A stretch of 64,000 nucleotides of DNA from Verrucomicrobia subdivision 6 bacterium (lineage in GTDB: Bacteria > Verrucomicrobiota > Verrucomicrobiia > Methylacidiphilales > Verrucolacustridaceae): NCBI GenBank assembly GCA_945866245.1, contig CAMBGW010000001.1, positions 451 to 64,450 of the forward strand, written 5' to 3'. This document shows, in pieces, positions 20,612-29,861 of this stretch (within the stretch, counting starts at the first letter, position 1; each line of letters starts with the position of its first letter). The notes under the pieces are model-generated. The model was not told where the DNA came from. It did no database searches and saw only the letters and a program-made list of their open reading frames with translations. A program made the translations under genes and the position numbers.

Positions 20612-21600
20612 TCGAGAAGGGCACTTGCCCAAGTCAGGCCACCACCGAAAGCGACGAGGAGTACTTTGTCCCCCTTTTGCAGTTTCATCTCGGAACCTGC
20701 CTCATGGAGTGCGACGGGGATACAAGCGGCGGACATATTTCCGTAACGGTGGACATTGGCGAAGCAGCGTTCCCGCGGGAATTTGAGCTTATCAACAAGG
20801 GCATCGATGATGCGGATGTTCGCCTGATGGGAGATAACGCATTTTACGTCGTCGAGTTTCACCCCAGCTTTTTTTAGGGTGCGTTTTGCGGAATCGGCCA
20901 TTGCGTTGACAGCCTGCTTGAAAATTTCTTTTCCCGCCATGACGATGCAGTCGGGGGCAAGGGGAGCGGGAGGCTGGGTGGCTAATCCGCGGGATTGAGG
21001 ATTGTGAAGGTGAAGTAGATCGGCACTGGCGCCATCGGCCCCCCAATCAAAGGAGATAATGCCTTTCGAGCCTACGGTTTGGCGGACGATGACAGCACCG
21101 GCACCGTCTCCAAAAAGTACGCAGGTGTTGCGGTCTCGCCAATCGACGACGGAGGAGAGGCGCTCAGTTCCCACCATGAGAATATTTCGAGCAGCACCAG
21201 AGCGTAGGAATTGATCCGCCACAATCATCCCGTAAACGAAACCAGAGCATGCGGCCTGGAGATCAAAAGCGGGGCAACCAGTGGCCCCGAGTTCCGCTGA
21301 GATTCGGCAGGCGGAGGAGGGAAAAAAAGAGTCGGGAGTTACGGTGGCGACGAGGATGAGATCGAGATCGGACGGAGCGAGCTTTGCCTGAGCCAATGCT
21401 TGTTTGGCGGCAGCCACTCCCATGAATGTAGAGGTTTCGGTTTTGGAGGAGATGCGGCGCTCTTTAATTCCTGTTCGTGTCAGGATCCACTCATCGGTTG
21501 TTTCGACCAGTTTTTCCAATTCGTGATTCGTGACAATACGGCTTGGGAGATAGATGCCGGTTCCGGCAATCTGCATGCCGGATTCAGGCTGGGACGGCAT
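20605..21600 (-). CDS. fabH: Beta-ketoacyl-ACP synthase III
   Basis: AACSGF, HQAN.RI, YGNMSAA and FGGGLTW motifs. Confidence 0.96.
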   Translation of the reverse strand: MPSQPESGMQIAGTGIYLPSRIVTNHELEKLVETTDEWILTRTGIKERRISSKTETSTFMGVAAAKQALAQAKLAPSDLDLILVATVTPDSFFPSSACRISAELGATGCPAFDLQAACSGFVYGMIVADQFLRSGAARNILMVGTERLSSVVDWRDRNTCVLFGDGAGAVIVRQTVGSKGIISFDWGADGASADLLHLHNPQSRGLATQPPAPLAPDCIVMAGKEIFKQAVNAMADSAKRTLKKAGVKLDDVKCVISHQANIRIIDALVDKLKFPRERCFANVHRYGNMSAACIPVALHEAGSEMKLQKGDKVLLVAFGGGLTWASALLEW

Positions 21601-22624
21601 CCGCTTGGGACTCCTTATGGGCTCCGGCTATTTCCGCAGCGCGAATGATACGATCGTTGACTCCGTGTTCGATGGCTTCGACAGAAACGCGGACGGCGTT
21701 GCGGATGGCTTTGACGCTGGAGCTACCGTGGGCGATGACGCAGATGCCGTTCACACCGAGAAGGAGGGAGCCCCCGTACTCTTCATAGCTGGTTTTTTTC
21801 TTAATGGCTTTGAAGGCGGCACGGGCCAGCCAAGCTCCGGCCATGCGAAGGGGAGTTTTTTGAATTTCGTGTTTGAGCCAGGAGAAGATTGCGGATGCGA
21901 TACTTTCGCTGGTCTTCAAGACAACATTTCCAACGAATCCGTCACAGACAACGACTTCGACTGGTCGCTCGAAAAGATCTCTGCCCTCGACATTGCCGAC
22001 AAAGTGAATTGGAGCTGCGGAGAGAAGTTTAAAACCCTCTTTGGTCAGGGAGTTGCCCTTGGCGTCCTCTGAACCGATGGAAAGAAGACCGACGCGGGGT
22101 TTTTTGTAGCCGAGGATTTCTTCTGAGTAGATGGAGCCCATCAGGGCGTAGTCGAGAAGGTGTTCGGGGCGGGCATCCAAGTTGGCTCCGGCATCGAGCA
22201 GGATGAAAAGGTTGGTTTCCGTTGGCATGACGGTGGCGATGCCTGGGCGGTTGATGCCGGGAAGAGTGCGGAGGCGAATGGTTGCGGCGGCGACCATCGC
22301 CCCCGTATGACCGGCGGAGACGGCGGCATCGGCCAGATTATCTCGAACGGCTTCAATGCTGCGGAGAATGGAGTTGTCTCTTTTACGGCGGAGAGACTCG
22401 ACGGGAGAGTCCCCCATCTCGATCACATCCTTACAGTGGTGAATTTCGAGGCGGGCGGGAGGTTGGGAGTGGCCGAGTTTTTGTAGCTCTTCTTGAATTC
22501 GATCCTTTTGGCCAAAAAGAAGGAGTTTTTCGATCTGGGGGTAGAGAGCCAAAGCTTCAAGGGCCGCGGCCACAGGACGTTCGGGAGCGTGATCTCCTCC
22601 CATTGCATCGAGCGCAATCTTCAT
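21584..22624 (-). CDS. plsX: Phosphate acyltransferase
   Basis: IALDAMGGD.AP, LDAGAN, GNVEG, VCDGFVGNV.LK, HGSS. Confidence 0.97.
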   Translation of the reverse strand: MKIALDAMGGDHAPERPVAAALEALALYPQIEKLLLFGQKDRIQEELQKLGHSQPPARLEIHHCKDVIEMGDSPVESLRRKRDNSILRSIEAVRDNLADAAVSAGHTGAMVAAATIRLRTLPGINRPGIATVMPTETNLFILLDAGANLDARPEHLLDYALMGSIYSEEILGYKKPRVGLLSIGSEDAKGNSLTKEGFKLLSAAPIHFVGNVEGRDLFERPVEVVVCDGFVGNVVLKTSESIASAIFSWLKHEIQKTPLRMAGAWLARAAFKAIKKKTSYEEYGGSLLLGVNGICVIAHGSSSVKAIRNAVRVSVEAIEHGVNDRIIRAAEIAGAHKESQADAVPA

Positions 22625-22654
22625 CAGATAACCCGTGAAATCACGGGGTAGGGA

Positions 22655-22840
22655 TCAGGCGGCTGGAGTCTCGATCGTGAGAACCTGACGGTCGCGGTAT
22701 CGACCGGTGGCCGGGTCGACCACGTGAGAAAGGTGCAGGTTTCCGTTTTTGTCGCGACGGAGTTGAGGCAGATCGCGACGGTGAGCTGCGCGGCGCATGC
22801 GCAGGCGCATCTTAGATGTTTTGCGTTTCGGGACTCCCAT
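22655..22840 (-). CDS. rpmF: 50S ribosomal protein L32, cysteine-free form
   Basis: MGVPKRKTSK..R.RRA...H...G.YR..QV; position between yceD and plsX. Confidence 0.93.
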   Translation of the reverse strand: MGVPKRKTSKMRLRMRRAAHRRDLPQLRRDKNGNLHLSHVVDPATGRYRDRQVLTIETPAA

Positions 22841-22844
22841 GGTG

Positions 22845-23309
22845 TCAATTCTCCGTTTTGAGTTGGTCCAAATCCCGCCAGACCGTGGCTCGTCTTTTTT
22901 CGGCGAAGTCGTCCTGGCTGGGGGGAGCATAGACTCTCCCCGAACGCGGGCACCGACCTGCACCGTCCAACTCACAGCGGGCTGCAAGCGGAAGGGCTAG
23001 AATGATGTCCTCTCGGATGAGTGGCGTCAAGTCGAGCAAAGCCTCGTCAGGGGCGGCTAAAACCTGACAGAAGTCGTTGATTTTGAGCTCCCAAGGGATG
23101 AAATCGAGGCAACGGGCGCAGGGGGTATCGAAGTTGGAGACAAGGGTTCCTGTGATGGTGACTTCTGCGCCGACTTTGTTGAGTTGAAAGTGATAGTGAA
23201 TTTTGTCCCAACCTCGAATTTCGCCGATGGGAATATCGTAATCGGAAAGAGGAATGGAACCTGTAAGTTCCAGTCCCTCCTCAGGGATCTGGCGGGGGTC
23301 GATCTTCAC
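22845..23309 (-). CDS. yceD: YceD/DUF177 family protein
   Basis: CARCL, DLTPLIREDIILALP...C.....GRCP; GTG start 23309; synteny with rpmF. Confidence 0.88.
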   Translation of the reverse strand: MKIDPRQIPEEGLELTGSIPLSDYDIPIGEIRGWDKIHYHFQLNKVGAEVTITGTLVSNFDTPCARCLDFIPWELKINDFCQVLAAPDEALLDLTPLIREDIILALPLAARCELDGAGRCPRSGRVYAPPSQDDFAEKRRATVWRDLDQLKTEN

Positions 23310-23797
23310 TTTTTTGAGTAGTGTTGGCGAAGGGTGGTCGCGGCTGAAGGGGGTACGAAATCTTCCAAGGGAGCGCCGAGGCGGGCTAATTCCCGAACGA
23401 GATGGGAGCTGATAAAAGAGAGGGTTTCTCGGGGCATAAGGAATACCGATTCGAGATCGGGGTGGAGGCGACGATTTGTGAGGGCGAGCTGGAATTCGTA
23501 TTCGAAATCGGAAACGGCGCGGAGTCCGCGAATGACTGCGACCGCCTTTTTTTCTTTGGCAAAGGCGACCAGCAGTCCGCGGAAAGAGGTGACCTGAACT
23601 TGGGAGGCCCAAGGCTCATGGCGGATACTATCCTGTAATAGTTGGACCCGCAGAGCGGTGGGGAAGGTGGCGTCTTTGGAGCTGTCTTCGGCAACGGCAA
23701 CAATCACCTCATCGAAAAGGCGAGCGGCGCGAGCGAGAACGTCAAGGTGGCCCAAGGTAACGGGGTCAAATGTACCCGGATAAATAGCGCGTCTCAT
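23306..23797 (-). CDS. coaD: Pantetheine-phosphate adenylyltransferase
   Basis: AIYPGTFDPVTLGHLD, RGLRAVSDFEYE, ISS. Confidence 0.97.
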   Translation of the reverse strand: MRRAIYPGTFDPVTLGHLDVLARAARLFDEVIVAVAEDSSKDATFPTALRVQLLQDSIRHEPWASQVQVTSFRGLLVAFAKEKKAVAVIRGLRAVSDFEYEFQLALTNRRLHPDLESVFLMPRETLSFISSHLVRELARLGAPLEDFVPPSAATTLRQHYSKK

Positions 23798-23808
23798 GTG
23801 GGGGATTT

Positions 23809-24681
23809 TCACGCAAAGTGGGAAAGGAGGCAAGGGCGTCCATCGCGGCGGGCTTCGACAAAGCGGGGGCGAGAGGTGAGATCAGGGTGGATGGCGGTTT
23901 GCGAGTAGCCGGACTGCTGGGCGAGTAGGGCGAGGGGGGCGGTTTGGTGGGGAGAGCATTCGAGGAGGAGAGCGGGGGCGATGAGTGCAGCTTGCGGTAG
24001 CAGGCGGCGAAAAAGATCGAGGCCGTCCTTTCCGCCATCGAGGGCAAGAGTTGGATCGTGGCGGACCTCGGGTTCGGCCGAGGCTATTTCTTCGAGCGTT
24101 AAATAGGGAAGGTTGGCGGTGAGGAGCAGAGCGGGTTCCGCCAAATTTTGAAGCAGATCGTTTTCTTTCCAGTCTACCTCTGTGCCCTCGGGAGGCGCGG
24201 ATAGGGGTTGAGTGGAATTTTCCTTTGCGAGGAGAAGTGCTTCGGGGGAGATATCGATACCGAGGTAACGGTGCTGGGGTTTTCGGCGGGCGAGTGCGAG
24301 TGGAATGGCTCCAGTGCCGGTGCCGACGTCGATGACAAGGGAGGGGGGTTGATTTTGTAGCATCTGATTGGCGAGTTCGATGAGGAGCTCGGTTTCTGGA
24401 CGAGGGATGAGAGCGGCTGGGGAGCAGTGGAGCGTTAGACCAGAGAAGGAGGTGGTGCCTGTAATGTGTTGGATGGGTTCGCGAGCGGCACGCCGTCGTA
24501 CGAGGGGGCGAAGGATTTCTAATTCGGGTGCGGTCAGTTCACGTTCGAACTGCAAATAGAGGGAGAGGCGGGGAAGGGAGAGGGCGTGGGCGATGAGGAG
24601 CTCTGCTTGGAGGCGAGGGGAGGGGAGAGCGTGTTTGGTGAAATGGGTGGTAGTGGCTTCGAGGACGGAGAGGAGTTTCAT
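23809..24681 (-). CDS. prmC: Release factor glutamine methyltransferase
   Basis: REPIQHI.G, LIPRPETE, DVGTGTG, NLPY, ALDGG.DGL; follows prfA. Confidence 0.95.
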   Translation of the reverse strand: MKLLSVLEATTTHFTKHALPSPRLQAELLIAHALSLPRLSLYLQFERELTAPELEILRPLVRRRAAREPIQHITGTTSFSGLTLHCSPAALIPRPETELLIELANQMLQNQPPSLVIDVGTGTGAIPLALARRKPQHRYLGIDISPEALLLAKENSTQPLSAPPEGTEVDWKENDLLQNLAEPALLLTANLPYLTLEEIASAEPEVRHDPTLALDGGKDGLDLFRRLLPQAALIAPALLLECSPHQTAPLALLAQQSGYSQTAIHPDLTSRPRFVEARRDGRPCLLSHFA

Positions 24682-25760
24682 GCGCCCAGACCGGACTCCT
24701 CTAATCGGCGGCGAAGATCATCGGCGGCAAGAGCCTCGACCAAGGGCTCGATTCTCCCCTCCATAACAAGGCTGAGATCGTGGGAGGTGAAACCGATGCG
24801 GTGATCGGTGAGGCGGTTTTGGGGAAAGTTGTAGGTACGAATTTTTTCATTTCGTTCACCTGAGCCGACCTGTTGGCGCCGTGCGGCCTCGACTTTGCCG
24901 CGTTCCTCCTCTCGTTTTTTCTCAAGCAGTCGGGAAGCTAAGATGCGCATGGCGGTCGCCCGATTTTTGATTTGGGAACGGCTGTCTTGGCAACGGACGA
25001 TTAAGCCTGTGGGAATGTGGAGGACTTGGACTGCGGAATCGGTGGTATTGACTCCTTGGCCGCCGGGTCCGCCCGAGCGACAGACTTCGACTCGAACTTC
25101 ATCGGGGCGGATTTGGAGTTCCACTTCCTCGGCGACAGGAAGAACGGCCACGGTTGCGGTGGAGGTGTGAATTCTGCCTTGGGCTTCGGTGGCGGGGACT
25201 CGTTGGACGCGATGGACGCCACTTTCGTGACGCATGGCGGCAAATACAGCTGGGCCGGTCAGTTCAAATACGATTTCTTTTAACCCACCCAGCTCGGAGG
25301 GGCTGGAGGAGAGGGGGTCGAGTTTCCATCCACGGGTTTCCGCGTAGCGGCTGTACATGCGAAAGAGATCTCCGGCAAACATGGCGGCCTCGGTTCCGCC
25401 CGCCCCAGCACGGATTTCGACGATCGTATCGCGATGTTCGTCCGGATCGGGGGGAAGGATGGAGCGCAGGACCTGAGCTTTGGCGGCAGCCTCGTCTCGA
25501 GTGAGTTCGGTGGCCTCTTCCTCTGCCATTTGGCGCATCTCGGGGTCGGTGGTGGAGGTGCGAAGGGTGGCGTTTTCCTGGAGTTGAGCGGTGAGAGAAA
25601 CGAGGCGACGGGCGGCTTCGGTGCCGGAGCGGATGCGGGCGTGTTCTCGGGCAAGGTCACGCGCGCGTGTTCCTTGGCGATAAAGATCCGGATCGGCCAT
25701 GTCGCGATCCAACTCTTGCAGGCGGGATTCGAGCCGAGCGAGTTGTGCAGTGGGGTCCAC
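24678..25760 (-). CDS. prfA: Peptide chain release factor 1
   Basis: ESGVHRVQRVPATE (PxT), GGQ, RNEKIRTYN. Confidence 0.97.
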   Translation of the reverse strand: MDPTAQLARLESRLQELDRDMADPDLYRQGTRARDLAREHARIRSGTEAARRLVSLTAQLQENATLRTSTTDPEMRQMAEEEATELTRDEAAAKAQVLRSILPPDPDEHRDTIVEIRAGAGGTEAAMFAGDLFRMYSRYAETRGWKLDPLSSSPSELGGLKEIVFELTGPAVFAAMRHESGVHRVQRVPATEAQGRIHTSTATVAVLPVAEEVELQIRPDEVRVEVCRSGGPGGQGVNTTDSAVQVLHIPTGLIVRCQDSRSQIKNRATAMRILASRLLEKKREEERGKVEAARRQQVGSGERNEKIRTYNFPQNRLTDHRIGFTSHDLSLVMEGRIEPLVEALAADDLRRRLEESGLGA

Positions 25761-25823
25761 AGAGGGAGGGGCGGAACCGAGCCAACGCCATGGGGCGCTG
25801 GGACGGTCGATCCGCGAGAGCGC

Positions 25824-26054
25824 CTACGAGCGCTTTTTCGCCTTGGGGGCGGCGGTGGTGGCGTCGAAGCGGCGGCGGAATTTTTCTACTCGGCCGGCGG
25901 TGTCGACGAGCTTTTGGGTTCCGGTGAAAAAAGGGTGGCAAGAGGCACAAATTCCCAAGCGGACTTGAGCTTTTGTGGAGCGAGTATGGTAAACCGCACC
26001 GCAGGCGCAGGTCATAATACAGGCTTCAAACTTGGGATGGATCTCCGCTTTCAT
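25824..26054 (-). CDS. rpmE: 50S ribosomal protein L31, Zn-binding type
   Basis: MKAEIHP, CACG, CASCHPFFTG, GRVEKF. Confidence 0.97.
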   Translation of the reverse strand: MKAEIHPKFEACIMTCACGAVYHTRSTKAQVRLGICASCHPFFTGTQKLVDTAGRVEKFRRRFDATTAAPKAKKRS

Positions 26055-26063
26055 AGATGAAAA

Positions 26064-27308
26064 TTAAACCAGACGTGAGGCCACGATGCAAGCGTTGTGC
26101 CCCCCGAAGCCGAAGGAGTTGTTCATGACAATGTTTGCTTTTTGCTCTCTGGGTTTTTGCGGGATGTAGTCCAAATCACATTCTGGATCAGGATCTTCCA
26201 GATTGATGGTGGCGGGAAGGAGATTGGTTTCGAGGGCCTTGAGGCAGATGGCCATTTCGACAGAGCCGGCGGCACCGAGAAGGTGCCCTAGGCTGGATTT
26301 TGTGGAGCTAACGGCAACTTTTTTGGCATGGGCACCGAGAACGGCTTTGATGGCTTGGGTTTCACAGATGTCGCCTTGAGGGGTGGAGGTGCCGTGGGCG
26401 TTGATGTAGTCAACCTGCTCGGGGTTGATCTTGGCGTGTTGAAGTGCGATTCGCATGGCGCGAGCGGCTCCAGCTCCCTCGGGAGCGGGGGCGGTGAGGT
26501 GGTAGGCGTCGGCAGTTGCACCGTAGCCAAGGATTTCTCCATAGATGCGGGCGTTGCGTTTTTTTGCGTGATTGTACTCTTCCAAAACAATGACTCCGGC
26601 TCCTTCGCTGAGGACAAAGCCGTCTCGGCCTTTATCAAAAGGGCGAGAGGCACGTGTGGGTTCGTCGTTGCGGGTGGAGAGAGCTTTCATGGCGCCGAAG
26701 CCGCTGAGGCCGAGACCGACAACAGCAGCTTCACTTCCTCCCGCGATAATTAAGTCTGCCTCCGACTCGCGAATGAGACGCCACCCCTCGCCGATGGAGT
26801 GGGTGGCGGTGGCGCAAGCGGAGACGATGGCAAAGTTGGGGCCGCGAAGGCCGAAGTGCATCGAGATATGGCCCGAGGCGATATTGTTAATCATCATGGG
26901 AATCATGAAGGGGGAAACTTTTTTCGGGCCCCGATCTTTGAGGATGGTGTGTTGCTCCTCAAGGGTTCTGAGGCCTCCAATTCCTGAGCCGACGAGAACG
27001 CCGCTACGATCGAGGTCGATCGAGGCTTGTTCAAGGCCGGCGTCTCTCCAGGCCTCTCCTGCGGCAGCCATGGCGAGGTGGGTATATCGATCCGTGCGGC
27101 GGACGTCTTTAGGGTTTTTAAAGGCGGTGGCGGGATCGAAGTTACGAACTTCGCCTGCGATGCGGCAATCGTACCCAGTGGTATCGAAAGCGGTGACGGG
27201 GGCGATGCCACTTTCTCCACGGATCAGGCGATCCCAAGTTTTGGGGAAGTCGTTCGCCAGTGGGGTGAGTGTACCTAAACCTGTAACGACGACGCGGCGC
27301 GTGCTCAT
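26064..27308 (-). CDS. fabF: Beta-ketoacyl-ACP synthase II
   Basis: SACAT, NAHGTST, KS..GHLLGAAG, NSFGFGGHN. Confidence 0.97.
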   Translation of the reverse strand: MSTRRVVVTGLGTLTPLANDFPKTWDRLIRGESGIAPVTAFDTTGYDCRIAGEVRNFDPATAFKNPKDVRRTDRYTHLAMAAAGEAWRDAGLEQASIDLDRSGVLVGSGIGGLRTLEEQHTILKDRGPKKVSPFMIPMMINNIASGHISMHFGLRGPNFAIVSACATATHSIGEGWRLIRESEADLIIAGGSEAAVVGLGLSGFGAMKALSTRNDEPTRASRPFDKGRDGFVLSEGAGVIVLEEYNHAKKRNARIYGEILGYGATADAYHLTAPAPEGAGAARAMRIALQHAKINPEQVDYINAHGTSTPQGDICETQAIKAVLGAHAKKVAVSSTKSSLGHLLGAAGSVEMAICLKALETNLLPATINLEDPDPECDLDYIPQKPREQKANIVMNNSFGFGGHNACIVASRLV

Positions 27309-27372
27309 GAAAGACGAGGGATGACGAGGCTGAGCGGAAAGGTTTTCCGGTCAGCGCACATCAGGACCAGCG

Positions 27373-27618
27373 TTATTTGGACTGCTTGTCCTCGATGTAC
27401 TTGACGACATCGCCGACGGTGAGGAGCTTCTCGGCATCGCTATCGGGAACTTCCACACCAAACTCTTCTTCAAACGCCATGACGAGCTCGACGATGTCGA
27501 GTGAGTCGGCGCCCAAGTCCTCGATAAACTTGGCTTCGGGTGTGACTTGCTCTGCGTTGACGCTGAGTTGCTCAACGATGATGTCTTTGACTTTTTGTTC
27601 GATCGATTTTTCGCTCAT
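27373..27618 (-). CDS. acpP: Acyl carrier protein
   Basis: [20 protein letters not shown]. Confidence 0.98.
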   Translation of the reverse strand: MSEKSIEQKVKDIIVEQLSVNAEQVTPEAKFIEDLGADSLDIVELVMAFEEEFGVEVPDSDAEKLLTVGDVVKYIEDKQSK

Positions 27619-27710
27619 AGTGGTATTGCTCCTGTGTTTGTGAGGAGCGCAGTAAGGATTCTCGGAGGCATTAAGGCAATAAGAAAATTTAGGGGGGGCT
27701 ATTTAATTTT

Positions 27711-28457
27711 TCACATCGTCATGCCGCCATCGATGGCCCAAGCCTGACCCGTGACATATCCGGCGTCAGGACCGCAGAGAAAAGAGACGAGTCCTGCGAC
27801 CTCTTCCGGCTTTCCAAATCGATTTAAAGGTATGGTAGTCAGCGCCTTAGACTTAAGATCATCTTTCAAAACTGAGGTCATATCGGTATCAAAAAAGCCG
27901 GGGCAGACGCAGTTACAGGTAACGCCACGGGAGGCAAACTCGCGGGCGACCGATTGGGTGAGGCCGATCAGGCCAGCTTTGGCGGCTGCGTAGTTAGCTT
28001 GGCCGGCGTTGCCCACGAGGCCGACGACGGAGCCGATATTGATGATCCGACCGGAACGGGCTTTGAGCATTCCGCGAGAGACGGCGCGGATCCAGCGAAA
28101 GGCGCCGGTGAGATTTGTATCGATGACAGAGCTCCAGTCGGAATCTTCCATTCGCATGATGAGGCCATCCTTGGTGATGCCAGCGTTGTTAATGAGAGCG
28201 CCAAGCGGGCCGAGATCTTTTTCCACATTGGCGATGACTTGGTCGGCGGCTTTGGGATCGGAGATATCGGCTGGGTAGACGGAGGCTTTTCCGCCCGCTG
28301 CTTCAATGGCGGTGCGCACTTCTTGGAGCTTGTCGGCTTGGCGGGCGACGAGGGCGAGCGTCCAACCGTCCTGAGCGAGACGCTGGGCGATGGCGCGACC
28401 GAGGCCACGGCTGGCTCCGGTGACGAGGGCGATACGGGAGTTAACGGGGGAGTTCAT
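27711..28457 (-). CDS. fabG: 3-oxoacyl-ACP reductase
   Basis: TGASRGLG, NNAGITKD, GQANYAAAKAG. Confidence 0.96.
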   Translation of the reverse strand: MNSPVNSRIALVTGASRGLGRAIAQRLAQDGWTLALVARQADKLQEVRTAIEAAGGKASVYPADISDPKAADQVIANVEKDLGPLGALINNAGITKDGLIMRMEDSDWSSVIDTNLTGAFRWIRAVSRGMLKARSGRIINIGSVVGLVGNAGQANYAAAKAGLIGLTQSVAREFASRGVTCNCVCPGFFDTDMTSVLKDDLKSKALTTIPLNRFGKPEEVAGLVSFLCGPDAGYVTGQAWAIDGGMTM

Positions 28458-29370
28458 GAATGGCCTTCTCTAGTTCCGCCAGAGTTCCGGCGCTGGTGCA
28501 AGGAAGATCGGGGAGAATCTTTTTTGATAGTCCCGCGAGCACCCCTCCCGGACCAAGCTCAAGAAAGTGACGAATTCCAGATTCTGCGAGCTGTTTGAGG
28601 CAAGCTTCCCATCGAACGGTGCCGGTGACTTGTTCGAGGAGGCTGAGACGGATGGCGTCGACTCCTTGGGCAGGTTTTCCGAGAACATTGGAGCTAACGG
28701 GGACGGAGGGAGGGGCGAAGGGGGTATTGGCGATCGAATCGGCGAGGCCTTGGCGCGCGGAGTTCATGAGAGAGGAGTGGTAGGCGCCGGCTACTTTGAG
28801 GGGAATGGAGCGCTTCACTCCGGCTGCTTTGGCGGCGGCTTGGGCATCGGCAAGTTTTGCGGCAGGGCCGGAGAGAACAACTTGGCCGCCCCCATTGAGG
28901 TTCGCGACTTCCCATCCCGACTCTTTTGCGATGCGTGAGGCAACAGACTCGTCTGTACCCAAGAGTGCGAGCATGGCGCCTTGCGTTTGGGTGCATGCCT
29001 CCTCCATGAGAGTTCCGCGGCGGGCCACGAGGCGAAGACCGTCAAGGGGCGAGAAGGTTCCGGCGGCGGCGTGAGCGGTGAATTCGCCGAGGGAGAGGCC
29101 AGCGGTGGCGGAGAATGAGAAGTTTGGGTTTTTTTCACGGAGTGCAGCTAGGAGAGCCAAACCGTGAAGATAAAGAGCAGGTTGGCAGTAGGAGGTACGG
29201 GTAAGAGTTTCTTCGGGGCCGGATTGAAGAACTGTGGAGAAGTCTTGCGGGAGGATGTCAGCGCCAAGTTCGAGAATCTTGCGAGCCGCGGGGGAGGCGG
29301 AGGCGAGATCGGATCCCATACCTACGCGTTGGGCGCCTTGGCCGGAAAAAAGAAGAGCGAGGGGTTGCAT
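28441..29370 (-). CDS. fabD: Malonyl-CoA:ACP transacylase
   Basis: LFSGQGAQ, AGLSLGE, VAGAYHS, ELGPG; start ATG 29370. Confidence 0.95.
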   Translation of the reverse strand: MQPLALLFSGQGAQRVGMGSDLASASPAARKILELGADILPQDFSTVLQSGPEETLTRTSYCQPALYLHGLALLAALREKNPNFSFSATAGLSLGEFTAHAAAGTFSPLDGLRLVARRGTLMEEACTQTQGAMLALLGTDESVASRIAKESGWEVANLNGGGQVVLSGPAAKLADAQAAAKAAGVKRSIPLKVAGAYHSSLMNSARQGLADSIANTPFAPPSVPVSSNVLGKPAQGVDAIRLSLLEQVTGTVRWEACLKQLAESGIRHFLELGPGGVLAGLSKKILPDLPCTSAGTLAELEKAIHELPR

Positions 29371-29372
29371 CG

Positions 29373-29852
29373 TTAGGTGAGGGCTTCGAGTAGTTTGGCG
29401 TACACTGAGGGCAGATCGCCTGGATGAATTCGGGTGGTGCCGGTGGTGGTGAGGAAGTTGGCATCGTTGGGCCAACGGGGAACTACATGAACATGGAGGT
29501 GAAGAGGAACACCTGCACCGGCGGCGGAACCGAGGTTGATGCCGAGGTTGAAGCCCTCTGGGTTCATGGCTTTTTTTAATGCTGCGACCATTCGATTCAC
29601 GAGTGTCCAGAGGTCTGCGGACTCTTGAGCAGAGAGAGCGGCGAGGTCACTGACCTCCCTGTACGGGCAGACCATGAGGTGGCCGAGGTTGTAGGGGTAG
29701 CGGTTGAGGACGGCGAAGGAGGCTTTGGTGCGGGCGAGGACGAAGTGGGCGGCATCGTCGGAGGATTGGGCGATTTTTCGAAAAAGATCTTCACTAGGTT
29801 TTTCAGCTCCGGTGACATAGCGATTGCGCCAAGGGGCCCAGAGGTGTTCCAT
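29373..29852 (-). CDS. HIT domain hydrolase
   Basis: LWAPWR..YV, NRYPYN.GH, HLHVHVVPRW; start ATG 29852. Confidence 0.93.
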   Translation of the reverse strand: MEHLWAPWRNRYVTGAEKPSEDLFRKIAQSSDDAAHFVLARTKASFAVLNRYPYNLGHLMVCPYREVSDLAALSAQESADLWTLVNRMVAALKKAMNPEGFNLGINLGSAAGAGVPLHLHVHVVPRWPNDANFLTTTGTTRIHPGDLPSVYAKLLEALT

Positions 29853-29861
29853 CGTGTAAGA

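Noticed and set aside
24678-25760. Programmed frameshift in the release factor gene
   Set aside because: This is RF1 (PxT motif) with a continuous frame; the frameshift applies to prfB.
26572-27324. Long antisense ORFs over fabF, rpsA, hppA and other genes
   Set aside because: No recognisable motifs; expected from codon bias in GC-rich, skewed DNA.
29625-29861. N-terminal extension of holA in the 444-aa ORF
   Set aside because: Overlaps the antisense HIT gene. Similar over-extended starts for cstA, dprA, yceD, fabD, sdhA and mqnE were also trimmed.
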